Shown here piece by piece: positions 24,090 to 35,624 of a stretch of DNA of 64,000 nt. Positions within the stretch are counted from its first letter, which is position 1, and each line of letters begins with the position of its first letter. Source of the stretch: Ostrea edulis (Eukaryota). Location: contig NC_079164.1 in the NCBI RefSeq assembly GCF_947568905.1, positions 108,748,001 to 108,812,000 on the forward strand, given 5' to 3'. The position numbers and the translations under genes are program-made. The notes beneath the pieces were generated by a model, which was not told the origin of the DNA, did no database searches, and saw only the letters and a program-made list of their open reading frames with translations.

Positions 24090-26264
24090 AAGAGCGATGC
24101 CTATGTTGCCATGTATGTATTATTATCTCTACATCCTAGGCGTATTGTGATGTATCCAGGGGGGGGGGGGGGTGTTACATGCGACGCTTCTTCAGTGCGC
24201 TATATCAAGATAATGTTGAAGAGTCGAATTCACATCAATGCTATTATTAATATTTCAATTACATACATTCACTACTTGCAGACCTCGCGGTATTTCTTCA
24301 TTTAAATTTGAATAACAAAAAGCTATGTACATATACTTGCATTAGATTTTGGAGAATCTTTCTCAAAATATACTGGAGGCAGTGCTGGTGATAATAAAGG
24401 GATTCGTAGAAATCTGTATTATCGGTATCCACTGAACAATTGATGGTATGCAAGATACTAGTGGTCAATCCTAGCGATAAAGCTTGAATACATTTTATTG
24501 ATAAAACATCAATAGGATTAGGCACAAGTTCAAGAACTTAGATAGCCCTCTCTCAATACAATAATTCATAAGGTTATCATTTGTAATATGAGTAGTTTAC
24601 AACAAATTCAAAGAAATATGATAAAGGAGTATAATTTGTGTTTACGAAGTATTGAGGTAATATCATTGTACAGTATACTTTCTTGAAATGAACATATTTT
24701 ATTTTGGACACAAAAAAGTATATCATTAAGTGTTATTATTTTAAAAATGACAACCTTCATTTAGAAAAGATTGAGTAACCTTGAAAGTTTTCGATTATGT
24801 ACATTATAGAGATATTGATTAAGCCACAGTCAGGATTTCGAGGGAAGACTGTAACTACGAGAGTTGTCCATAGAGTTCATAAACATTTCCTGGTGAAGGA
24901 AACCCGAATTCTCCGAAAATAAACACTAGTATTATACTGTTTCCGGGAGTTTAGATTGGTTAAAATTACACGTGTTATCATTTAATTGTTATATGATATA
25001 AATAGGAATCTTAGGGAAGCCCGTTGGTGATATGCTAAAAAATGATTTAGCGGCCGCCTAAAAAACCAACAACATTCGAATGGGCGCACGATCAACTGTT
25101 TTTCAAGCGTTGCCCAAAAGGGATTCATTAGAATACTGTTCATCAATAACCTCCATGTGTCATAAAGAACAACAAATTCACAGAAATTGGTGACAAATGT
25201 CTAAGATGAATTACTTCCGTTGTATGTAGCATGACATTTAATCAAGGAATGGCGAGATATATGCCAATTCTACTCTCCGTTTATTCAGAAATAAAGACAA
25301 TAACCTACAAGAGAGAAAAGACAAACAAATTGTTGTAACAGAAACTTACCAGCAATGTGTGTTTTATAATTCATCAAATATCAAGACAAAGTTAATAAAT
25401 TCAACTTCACAGGCGACATGGCTAACTTTAACTGCAAAAATATAATTAAGTATAAAGTTTGGAGTTACCTAAATCTATCAGAACTTTGGACAGCAAACTG
25501 AAAATAACAAACTATGAGATGTAAATGATGCAGGAAGGTAACCACCCCATTTCAGAAACGTATTACTGCATGCTCTATTTTACATCGATAACAAATGAAA
25601 TCTATGGTGTGATAATAGATTATTACAGCATTATTAAAAAAAATACGCAAGGCACTCCATCAAATCAATCCAGCAGCTCGGCACCATAGTGAGGAGGAAA
25701 TCAATTAAAGCACATGTGGAGGTGTCTAGATTTTGTGTACCATCACATAATGGTATTCTCTTTCTGCATAGTATGTAATTAGCAAAGGTTTAACACTCGA
25801 AATAAACATATATTTATTATTTACACAAGTCTTGTCATTTAATACCACATTACCTGGAATCTCAAAAGACTGACTTTTACAACATCAAAGGGTCAATTAA
25901 TCAAAGTTACGTATAGAAAAAACAGTCAAGGATCGTCTGTCTCTCCACTCCCAATGGAGAAAAAAAACCCGCAGAGGATTAAGGTTAAATGTTGTATAAA
26001 GAAATTTTCTCCGGTACATACTGTCATCTCGTTTGTAGAATTGATGCATCTTTACTTATGCCTAGTTACGGATCCACGCGATTGCTTCATTTGTTTCACA
26101 CTAAAGTTCCCTCCGAAAGACCCGTGACTCTCTGTTTTATTCCGATCGAAGGCATAGCGCAGTTGAAATAAGCCCTCATGTAAATGTATTCATTATTGGA
26201 AATACATCTATACTATTTTGTTACAAGCATTCTACCACCATTCCAAAACCTACTTGGAATCTAG

Positions 26265-27130
26265 GGAGCACTAAATTAACATAAACTCAAATAATGGAAG
26301 ATATCTTGAAATTATTTGAAGATATCATCAATTCATGATCAATGATGCGTGCAAAAACTCGATTAAATATCTTTTCAAATAATTAGTGATATTTTTATTT
26401 CTGAATTATTGTGCACATTGACTGAATTGTTCACAGCATTAATTATTCTGCTGAATTGGTGAGCGCCGTAATGGAATTAATTGTTGGTCTCTTCAAATGA
26501 ATTTATATCAACCATGGAATTGATGCGGACTGAAATTCAGCTGAAGAGAACAATAATTCAATCATGCACACGCATCAATTAATTCAATTAAGGAGCAAAA
26601 TAATCGAATTATCAATCTCTTCAATTGAATGGTAGAGCGCGTCAATTCAATCAATGTGCGCGATAATTGACTTATTGCTATCTTCAATTGAATTAATGAT
26701 ATCATTGATTCAATTGATGCGCGCATTAATTCTTTTAGAGAGGTTGACTATATAATTAGAGATATTAATAATCTCTTTAATTGAATCGTTGCTCTCTTTA
26801 AAAGAATGGATGTGGACATTAATTCCTAATATGCAAAAGCGTTGTACCTAATTAAAGATATCTTTAATCATTTCTCAGATCAATTAAATTGATTCGCGCA
26901 TCAAATCAATCATTGCTTTCATCAATTAAGTTGATGTGCGCATTAGGTCATTTATTTGCGCGCAATACCCGGTAATTGAATTGATGCGCGCATCAATTCA
27001 ATTGATGTGAGCAATAATTGATTTGAGGCGCGCATTAATTCAATCATTGCGCGCAATAATCGAATTGATGATATCGTCAAATAATTAAAGACATCTTCAA
27101 AAAATTTAATATACGCTAATTTGGCGCTCA
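26265..27130. mobile_element. foldback-like element built from degenerate palindromic modules
   Basis: Many TTGATGCGCGCATCAA-type modules (perfect 30-bp palindrome at 26974-27003); diverged terminal inverted similarity GAGCACTAAATTAAC / GCTAATTTGGCGCTC. Confidence 0.6.
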
Positions 27131-27218
27131 ATAGGAATCAAAACATTAATTGACATTTACAAGGACAATAACGTGCATACTGCAGGAACCATTAAAGCTA
27201 TCTGAATCGTGTCAAACG

Positions 27219-28078
27219 GTTTAACCCTACCTCCATTCACAACGAAACCAAAGCCATCCGAGAACTTGAAAAATGTGCTAAAATCATTAACGATTGGATG
27301 AATGCAAATAAACTGAAAATGAACACATCAAATACCGAATTCATTTTATTTGGCAGCAGGAGCCAACTGGATAAATGTAGCACAAAAGTTATTAACATTA
27401 TGGTGATGAAATTGAACCAGAACGTTATATAAGATACTTAGGTGCATATTTGGATGAAACTCAATTTTAAGGAACATATAAAAAGGAAATGCCGAACAGC
27501 CTATATCAATTATTTTAGGATTAAAAGTATTCGCAAATATTTGACAAAGGAAGCTACAGAAATTTTGGTTTTATCTTTAGTAATTTCTCATTTGGACTAT
27601 TGTAATGTGATTTTATACGGCATAGCACAGACTGAAATATGTAAAATGCAAAGAATCCAAAACATGGGTGCGAAACTGGTATTAAATCGTAAGAAATTTG
27701 ACAGCTCTAGGGATGCTCTCATTGACTTACATTGGTTACCTCTCCATTCTAGAATATCATTGACCTTCATGTATTTAAGTGTCATGTGGGCGAAGCACAT
27801 CGTATTTAACAGAACTTTTAAAGAAACAGGTACTAAATAAAAAGTTTCACTCCGCTCAATCTTCTGAGAGTTGCTACATTGTTCCTTTTAACAAGCGTAA
27901 AACTTTCAGTGATAGAAGTTTCGGAACCATTGGTCCGAGACTGTGGAACAGTTTACCGGCTGAAATAATTCCAAATCTTTACATACTTTTAAAGCCAAAT
28001 TGAAAACACATTTGTTTAGACATGCAGAATACTTTGTGTAAAATTAGGCATTAAATCAAATAAAAACAGTTTCAGTTC
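27219..28078 (+). mobile_element. L2/CR1-group LINE, longer 5'-truncated copy, frameshifted
   Basis: WMNANKLKMNTSNTEFILFG and YLGAYLD (late RT motifs), then the same C-terminal sequence as 2222-2934; same CAGTTTCAGTT tail; part of the 3'UTR deleted. Confidence 0.9.
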
Positions 28079-28310
28079 CAAATTATTTGAACATGATTCA
28101 AAATCTCATCATCAAATTGAGTTTAAACAGATGGGAATTGTGTAGAAAATAATCTGCAAGACAAATATTTCATTTGTGGAAACCTAGCAGTTTTTATATA
28201 TTTATCCAAAGTGAAAGTTATGTAATAATCTCTCCTCTGTACATGTTTCCTATCTTTTCATGATAAGAAAATAGTCAGTTAGTTCATGTGTCTGTTTTAT
28301 TTCTGTGCAG

Positions 28311-28490
28311 GTCGCCCTATCCCTTTAAATAAGCACTGGTATGATGTATACGATCTCGGCCAGCGCTCCTTCAAATTAAGGGCCCATACCAAAGTACAAG
28401 ACGACCGATATTCTGACAAAGTTTGTGGACCTGGATTTTGGTCATTCATTCTCTGTGGATATATCACTGACGTTTACTCAATGAATTGCG
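28311..28490 (+). CDS. putative internal exon (phase 1-1, 180 nt) of an unidentified gene
   Basis: Strong acceptor TCTGTTTTATTTCTGTGCAG|, donor G|GTACGC, open frame (G)RPIPLNKHWYDVYDLGQRSFKLRAHTKVQDDRYSDKVCGPGFWSFILCGYITDVYSMNC. Confidence 0.5.
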
Positions 28491-28571
28491 GTACGCTCAA
28501 AAACATAGTAGCCTTTTAAAAAAATCAAGTTTAACAATGTCAGAAATTTAACCCGTTTTCATTCATACAAG

Positions 28572-28617
28572 ATAATGCTGATCTGTGGGAAAAAAGTGGG
28601 AAACATAGCACATTTAT
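28572..28617 (+). CDS. putative small exon (46 nt) of the same unidentified gene
   Basis: 81-nt intron; acceptor TTTTCATTCATACAAG|, donor AT|GTAAGA; stays in frame as (D)NADLWEKSGKHSTF. Confidence 0.38.
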
Positions 28618-28689
28618 GTAAGACATAGATGTAAGTCTGTTTTAATGGGACTGTTTGTGGAGACCCTGAACCGTTTACACAGTATACAG

Positions 28690-28747
28690 ACACTACTGGG
28701 CTGAAGAAAACTTCCTTGTCTTGAGAACAGACTATCCTATCTGCTGA
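28690..28747 (+). CDS. putative terminal exon of the same unidentified gene
   Basis: 72-nt intron; acceptor TATACAG|; in frame (I)HYWAEENFLVLRTDYPIC*. The acceptor is weak. Confidence 0.33.
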
Positions 28748-29690
28748 TTAGAAAAAAGATTTGTTTGTATCAGAAATATGTATTTCTTTAAAAAGTACTA
28801 GAGCCAAGAAATTGGATTAAAAGTTGAAAGTTTGAGACTGATTGTACTGTGAGGAAATGGGGGACCCAGCGAAAGTTGGGTGGCGTCTTAATTAAGGGAA
28901 ATCTGCTGTGATCTTGTTTTATATTGTCATCACTTGATATCAAAGGCACCAATTTCTAGTTCTAATCTTTATATGACAGACATCCTTTTACAATATAATC
29001 TTGAATATAAAGATACAAACAATAGGATTGGAAACTTTATTTACATCTGCTAAGAATTACCACAATGTTGTTGTTTGTTATCAAGTATGTTGATTACTCT
29101 AAACAAAGGTACATGGGCCCCTTAAACTTAGCTGACGTCTGGTATTTATGCTGCAACAAAGTTAAAAAAGATATACATCTTCATGATCCGACAAGGACAA
29201 CGTAGCCATGTTCTATCTGTGGTAAAACACACCAAAGTACACCGTACATAAAGGTTGTGCCAATTGTTTCTAAGAATAACTTCTGGACCAGCGGTTAATA
29301 TAGTGTAAAGGATAGCTTTAAAAAAAAAGATTTTCGTCCTAACGAAAAATGTTTGAAAGAAAACTTGAAGAGACATTCTATACATTGAAGTAGGTGTATG
29401 AATTTATGCACGGGTTCTGGAAGTTAATGCTTTACAATGCAAAGTAAAAATTTTTTTTTACACACATACAACATGCATAAAAAATCTTCATTAATTTCAG
29501 TACAAGTGCGCAAATGCAATCGTTTAGGTAGTTAGCGAGTCTTTCAGGCGTGGAAATTGTCACCTAAAATATGAGTAATGTTCTGTTCACAAGGACATGG
29601 TTTCATGGAAATTTACTATGAAAGAGAATTTATACGGCCGGGAAATCAAAACTTCTCTGGTCTTTCCGAAAAGTTCGGGAAGGCGCCTCG

Positions 29691-29872
29691 ACTGTTAGGC
29701 CGTTCTTGGCACACTGATTTTGACTACGGGTGTGACCGGTCGATAGGGAATGCTTACTTCTCCTAGGCACCTGACCCCATTTCTAGTATATCCAGGCATC
29801 CGTTTTTGCCCAATTTATATAAATTTTGTATTCCTTGTGAGAGTTATGAGATTGATAACTGTTCGTTATCTT
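29691..29872 (+). mobile_element. Penelope-like element 3' end fragment with an internal deletion
   Basis: Matches 33230-33450 (TGTTAGGCCGTTCTTG..GTTATGAGATTGAT..GTTCGTTATC); the segment between GACTACGG and GTGTGACCGG is missing. Confidence 0.75.
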
Positions 29873-30327
29873 TGATATTACATGTAGTATATAATTAATT
29901 TTTTTTAAATCCAAAAACAAGTTTTGTTTTTCGATGAAGCACTCATATTTTCAATTGAAGTTTTTCTACACTTAATCCCTCCTCGCCCCCCCCCCCCCCC
30001 CCCCCACCCACCCAAGATGTTTATAGGATTGCAACTTCAACTCAAACCTTTTTTGGTGGAAACCCCTGTACAATATCAAGTGCATGCAGTATGTACAATT
30101 TCATTTTAATAGAATATATATCAGGCCTGTATATCTTACATAATTATTTGTATAATAATTCAAGGGGTTATGAGTTACGTGGGTAAACTTAACATTGTTC
30201 ATCGACAGGGACAACTCATGAAATCCACGAAAATCTGCCCTCATTTAGAAAGTAAAAACGTTTTGCAATGAACATGGTGTGATAAACCACAATTGTTCTG
30301 CTGGCATGTTCCACAATGCGGGTTAGC

Positions 30328-30649
30328 CAGGGCCGTAAATTACATGGAGGCGGAGGAGGCAGCTGCCTCCTCCAACTTTTGAGCCAAAAAAAAATTAAAA
30401 TTTAAAGTTCATTAGAATTTATGTTGTTTCCAATAACTAAGAACATGATACCTCCCTTAAAAAGCATTCCAAATCTTTCTTTTAGAATGAGTTAGTCAAG
30501 TACATCTTAGAAGGCCCTAGAATCAAGGATTTTGCACGAAACGTGTTCAGTGTGCACAAAATGTGCTCAGCGTCTGGGGGCCTGGGCGGTCCCCAGACCC
30601 CCGCCTAATTTCCTGCCTCCTCCAAATTCAAGGTTAATTTACGGCCCTG
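30328..30649. mobile_element. 322-bp MITE with 15-bp TIRs and 5-bp TSD (hAT5-like)
   Basis: CAGGGCCGTAAATTA ... TAATTTACGGCCCTG; TTAGC at 30323-30327 and 30650-30654; internal palindrome GGAGGAGGCAGCTGCCTCCTCC. Confidence 0.92.
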
Positions 30650-31839
30650 TTAGCTTGGTAGAATAGAGGAATGTGGTACAAATACATCAGTGATCCAAAT
30701 AAAAATTGCCATTCTGGAATACGATGCAATGAATAACAAAAGCCTTCCGGCTGAGTTAAAAGGGATACAATCTTTGGGATAATGTGAAGACGGCGATGAG
30801 TAATTGAAACAGAGGATAATACACACAAACATCAGAATGTTCTATTCAATAATCTATCATCAATGCAGCAGGAATGTGCCTTTTAGGGTGAGACGTACCT
30901 TGCAATTTGTTTAAAACACATAAATGCTTGTCTTGTTTTATTAATAAGTATACCACGTCGCTTGCAAAAAAAAAAAAAAAAAAAAAATTAAAGGTTTAAA
31001 ACCATGCACTTTCTATAAATCTTTTCCACCACGTCTTATAACCGAGGATCGTAAAACAGGTGAGTTTGATTAATACAATTTGTAGTCTGCACTGTAGAAA
31101 GATTCGCAACTTAGATAAAATATTTCATTGTAGACCATGGTGTTCAGGAGCAGGACGTTCTTTTCCTTCATTGATACACTAGTATTTAACATTGCATTCA
31201 CACGATCACCAGTCAGGCTGAAGTACATGGGGGTTACTTTATTATATGCAAACAAAGCAGACCTATACGCAGATAATATTTACAAAGTATTAGTTTACTC
31301 AATTAAGGGAAGACCACTCCTCCGAAATTGAAGGCTAAAAAATTGTTGACAATTAAATCAATGTAATTCAAATGATTTCGCTCAAATCAAATTGGTACAC
31401 AATATCTACAATTTATACTCATACGTCATCAGAGGTTCATATGCAGATATGTACATTTCCATTGTTTTTGTCTTTGACATCTTAACCAAAATTAAAATAC
31501 GTTTTTATCAAATGCTAATGCGCTTCAAGAAGTATGCTGGCGTAAAGTATTGCAGTTCATGCCCTCGTGAGAAACTTAAGTAAATGATAAACATATAACA
31601 TAGTAAGATAGAAGTAATAGTACATAAGATGTGCACGAGGAAAGAAAAAGAACCACACTTAGGAGGAACGGACAGTCTTAAAGATATGTGAAATAAATAC
31701 ACGACGGTTTCTTAAGGTTGCCACATTTTGGACTGACAAAGGCAAAACAGATTACTTCATTACAATGGGTCTTCCATGATATCTTAATCTAATGTCTAAA
31801 TATTTTTCCTCAATTGGGAAAAGGTATACATGTACAAGT

Positions 31840-34800
31840 ATGTATGGTGTGTCAGGCAGGGGTAGTACCTTTTCATCTCTGGCAGCAGAGTCTTTTTAGG
31901 ACTGCCAGGGAAAACTGTTCCTCGCCTAACTCTCACCGCTGGCTCCAGGGTCATTTCCTAACCACACTTTGGTCACCGCTTCTGCCGGGGGGGGGGGGGG
32001 GGGGGGGGAGGGATGGTAAGGGGGAGTGGTATAAACCAGTCTTTGCAGCTTTAGAGAGGAGATTGGCGCCGCCACCAAATAACCTAAGCCCCCAGAAGAG
32101 ACATGAAGGACACAGCCAAACGAAACATGTCATATCGGTCGGGGACCGAAATACCAACGTCCGTGTTTTCCACTGATGAGCTCCTGGTTAGAAGTGGAAA
32201 GTCAGCGACTGGATCCAAGCAAGCCTTCAAGCTAACATCCCAGAAGGCTATCATTGGTTCGTGGTATTTTCGCCCACTTCATGCTTGCGGCAAAATGAAG
32301 GGACTAGATCACGAGTTACAACACTACCAGTGGGAAATTATTGGACCCGCTGAGGTGAGATGGACAGGGACATTATTGGACCCGCTGAGGTGAGATGGAT
32401 AGGATTTGGAGAAACAACAAATGACGGTCATAAAATCTGGTACAGCGGAGAAGACACAAAACATGAATACGGCGTAGGCTTCATCGTACGCAAAGCAGTC
32501 ACTGGATGCATACTGAGCTGCACACCCATCTCCAACAGGATCATATCCATCCGTGTGTCAGCCAAACCCAAGAACGTTACCATCATACAAGTGTATGCCC
32601 CAACATCGGATCATGAAGACCAAGAGGTAGAAGAATTTTATGAACAAGTGGAAAATGTTACCAAGAAAGTGCCCAAGAAAGACATCATCATCATACAGGG
32701 TTACTTCAACGCGAAGATCGGACCGCACGTCTTTGAGATCTGGATAGGAACAGTCAGCCAATATGGAACAAGTGAAACTAATGACAGGGGACTACGTGCA
32801 CTGGAGTTTGCGAGCAGTCAACGGCTCACCATCGCCAACACCCTATACCAACACAAGATTTCCTGTAGAACAACCTGACACGCGTGGAATGGGACGATGC
32901 ATAACCAGATAGACTTCATCCTGACTCCGTGGCGCTTCAAGTCAAGCATCAACAGGGCGAAGACCCATATTTATGTAGCAATACCGTATTCTATTATCAT
33001 CTGCATATGGTGTTTACATCTCTCAACTGATTCGATACGCAAGAGCTTGTTCTGCGTATGGTCAGTTTTAAAACCGAAGCAAGCTACTGACAAAAAGTTG
33101 ATGGTGCAGGGTTACAACAGTCTCGTTTAAGATTAGCATTTCGCAAATTCTATGGTCGTTATAACGATCTAGTTTGCCAATTCAACATATCATTGGGTTA
33201 AATGCTGCCTGACATGTTTCATGCCGATTGTTAGGCCGTTCTTGACACACTGATTTTGACTACGGATAACTCCATTTACCTGATCAAGATATAGGGCTCA
33301 CGGCGGGTGTTACCGGTCGACAGTGGATGCTTACTCCTCCTAGACACCTGATCCCACTTCTGGTATATTCAGGGGTCCATGTTTGCCCAACTCTCGATTT
33401 TATATTGCTTGTAGGAGTTATGAGATTGATCACTGTTCGTTATCTTCACCTTCCATCGTACCCTGGTGCTGACATGGGCAGTGACCACGATCTTGTGCTG
33501 CTCACAATGAAGATCAAACTGAAAAAAGATTCACCAATCTGCAAACCCACGAATCAAGTTCATCCTGGAAAAGCTGCGAGACCGATCAGTTGCCGAGATT
33601 TTCCCAGCACATCTCAATGGACGATTTGTAGCAATCAGCCTCGTGGACGCCGACGTTAATGACCTCACCTCCAGTTTCAAAGAGGCAGTTCGGGAAAAAG
33701 CAGTACAGATCCGGGTTATCAGAGGAAAGAACATCCTTTGGTAACCAATGACACCCTAGATCTCTGCGACAAATGAAGAGAACAGAAAAAGACAGATTAA
33801 AACAGCCCAGAGGGAGCTGCACTACAGTGCAACAAATAAGGTCGTAAGAAGCAAGATGAAAGAAAGCAAGGAAAAGTGGATTTTATGATCAATGCAAAAA
33901 CCTTGAGAAAAGCATGGAGCAATGGAATAGCAAGAGAACATACGACACTCTCAAGACGTAGTAACATCGCTATGTGAGAAGATCTGGGAGACCAAGCAGT
34001 GGCCAGAAGAGTGGAGTGGAGGAGATCACTTATTATCCCCCTCCCCAAGAAGGGAAACCTTCAGCAATGCCAAAACTACTGGACAGTCCGCCTCATTAGC
34101 CACACCAGTAAGATCATGTTAAGAGTTCTCAACAGACTCGAAAACGAAACCAGAGAACATCTGGCAGAAGAACAAGCGGAATTTAGGGCAAGTAGAAGCA
34201 CTGTCGAACAGACCTGCAACTGTCGGATTATGATGGAAAAACACCTACAACATCGAAAAGAATTTTACCACAATTTCATATGCTTCAAAGAAGCCTTCGG
34301 TGGAGTGTGGCACAGAGGACTTTGGCATGATTTGAGAGGAATCTGCATCGAGGAGGGACTCATCAAAACCACCGAGCCACTGTATAAATCACCAGCAGCA
34401 CAGTCCCCCTCAACAATAACATCGGAGAGTATTTTAAGACAACGGTTGGAGTCCGTCAAGGATGCATACTCTCTCCAGCCCTGTTCAATCTCTTCCTGGA
34501 AAATATCATGAGAGAGACACTACATTACTTTCAGTCAGTCGATGGGCGAACGATCGACAAAGTACGTTTCACCGATGACAACGACCTAGCGGGGGGGGGG
34601 GGGGGGGGGTCAGCAACAGTGAACTTGCAAGACCTCACAAACAGACTGGTAAGCAGATCAGGGGCTTATGGCATGGAGGTCAGCAATGAAAATAGCAAAG
34701 TTATGGTCAACAGCGAAAACAACACCTTTGCACAAATCACCGTAAACGGTCAGCAGCTCGAGGAGGTAGACGCTTTCAAATACTTTGGCGCCACACTCAC

Positions 34801-34850
34801 AAAGGACGGCCGACAGATGAAGAGCTGGATGGACAACATAAAAATGTGAA
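31840..34850 (+). mobile_element. RTE-clade LINE, decayed (AP endonuclease plus RT fragments, many frameshifts and deletions)
   Basis: APE motifs IGSW, AEVRW, GVGFIV, IIQVYAPTSD, GYFNAKIG, NQIDFIL, GSDHDLV; RT motifs IIPLPKKGN, LAEEQAEFR..RST.EQ, VRQGCILSPALFNLFLE, RFTDD (degenerate YADD), FKYFG. The 5' boundary is approximate. Confidence 0.92.
32969..33452 (+). mobile_element. 5'-truncated Penelope-like element (probably Naiad-type) nested in the RTE endonuclease
   Basis: Encodes YLCSN..LSSAYGVYISQLIRYARACSAY..KLMVQGY..FRKFYGRYNDLV, followed by the 3' region ending TTCACCTT. CCAT is duplicated at 32965-32968 and 33453-33456, and the RTE sequence resumes (RAKT..YPGADMGSDH). The clade name is from recalled similarity. 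Confidence 0.8.
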
Positions 34851-34955
34851 TTCGTATGGACAGCCTGATCAGATTGGCAGAAGACATACCCGGTTGGTGC
34901 TCCCTGGCCTTCAGGTCGTCCACCATTTCTCCCCAACAACCATCGGTCAGGGGAA

Positions 34956-34995
34956 TGATTGATTGATTGTATCTTGCTTAACGTCCGGACTCCCT

Positions 34996-35030
<35 letters not shown>

Positions 35031-35307
35031 AGACCGGTGAAGGGCTTCAAATTTAGGCCTATGCTTGGCGCTTACGGCCAATTAGCAGTGAGTGTTCTTT
35101 AACGTGCCACACCTACTGTGAAACGGGAAGTCCGATTTTAAGGTCATTTCGAGGACCCGTGACATTCACATCTTATGCCGAGCGTTTGACGATGGAAGTA
35201 TCACTACCTATTTTAACGACTTAGATCTGTCGCGGCCGGGATTCGAACCCTGACCTCCCGCATGCGGGACGAACGCTCTAACCTCTAAACTAGGCCACTG
35301 CGGCGGT
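34956..35307 (-). mobile_element. full-length tRNA-derived SINE (second body type) with (CAAT)n tail
   Basis: Minus strand head CCGCCGCAGTGGCCTAG..GGTTCGAATCCC (A/B boxes), a distinct central body, and the same tail as 55671-56042. Confidence 0.85.
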
Positions 35308-35624
35308 TATCAGGGAAACATGGGATATGTATAGCAGGTATACATAATGGAGTATAACCTTACATTGTATGAGACATTATGGTGAATAGTGTCCGCTGAA
35401 GTGTATTTCATTAAATTTTAACTGCCCTAATGCATGCACTTTTAAAGAATTGTACATTAAGCATTTACATGCTTTGTTTACTTGGAAAAAGAAAAAATGG
35501 AGGAATTATATGTTATTGTTATTGGCTCTGTGTTTGTTGTTTTTAGAATATTTTGAATATATTTCACAAAGCAGTTTAAAATGATTTACAAAAGACTATG
35601 TACGGTGTGAGGCTATTTGACCCC

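Noticed and set aside
24298-24525. GPCR TM7-like peptide (IQISTNPFII) on the minus strand
   Set aside because: Short chance-level resemblance with no upstream TM segments.
31850-31990. HDV-like ribozyme in the RTE 5' region
   Set aside because: A CTGGCAG/CTGCCAG stem and a TTCCTCGC motif are present, but I could not build the P1/P1.1/P2 nested pseudoknot; a descriptor search would be needed.
33250-33452. Hammerhead ribozyme or SECIS in the PLE 3' region
   Set aside because: The closest core is CTGATCA rather than CTGANGA, no properly placed GAAA was found, and no SECIS geometry is visible by eye.
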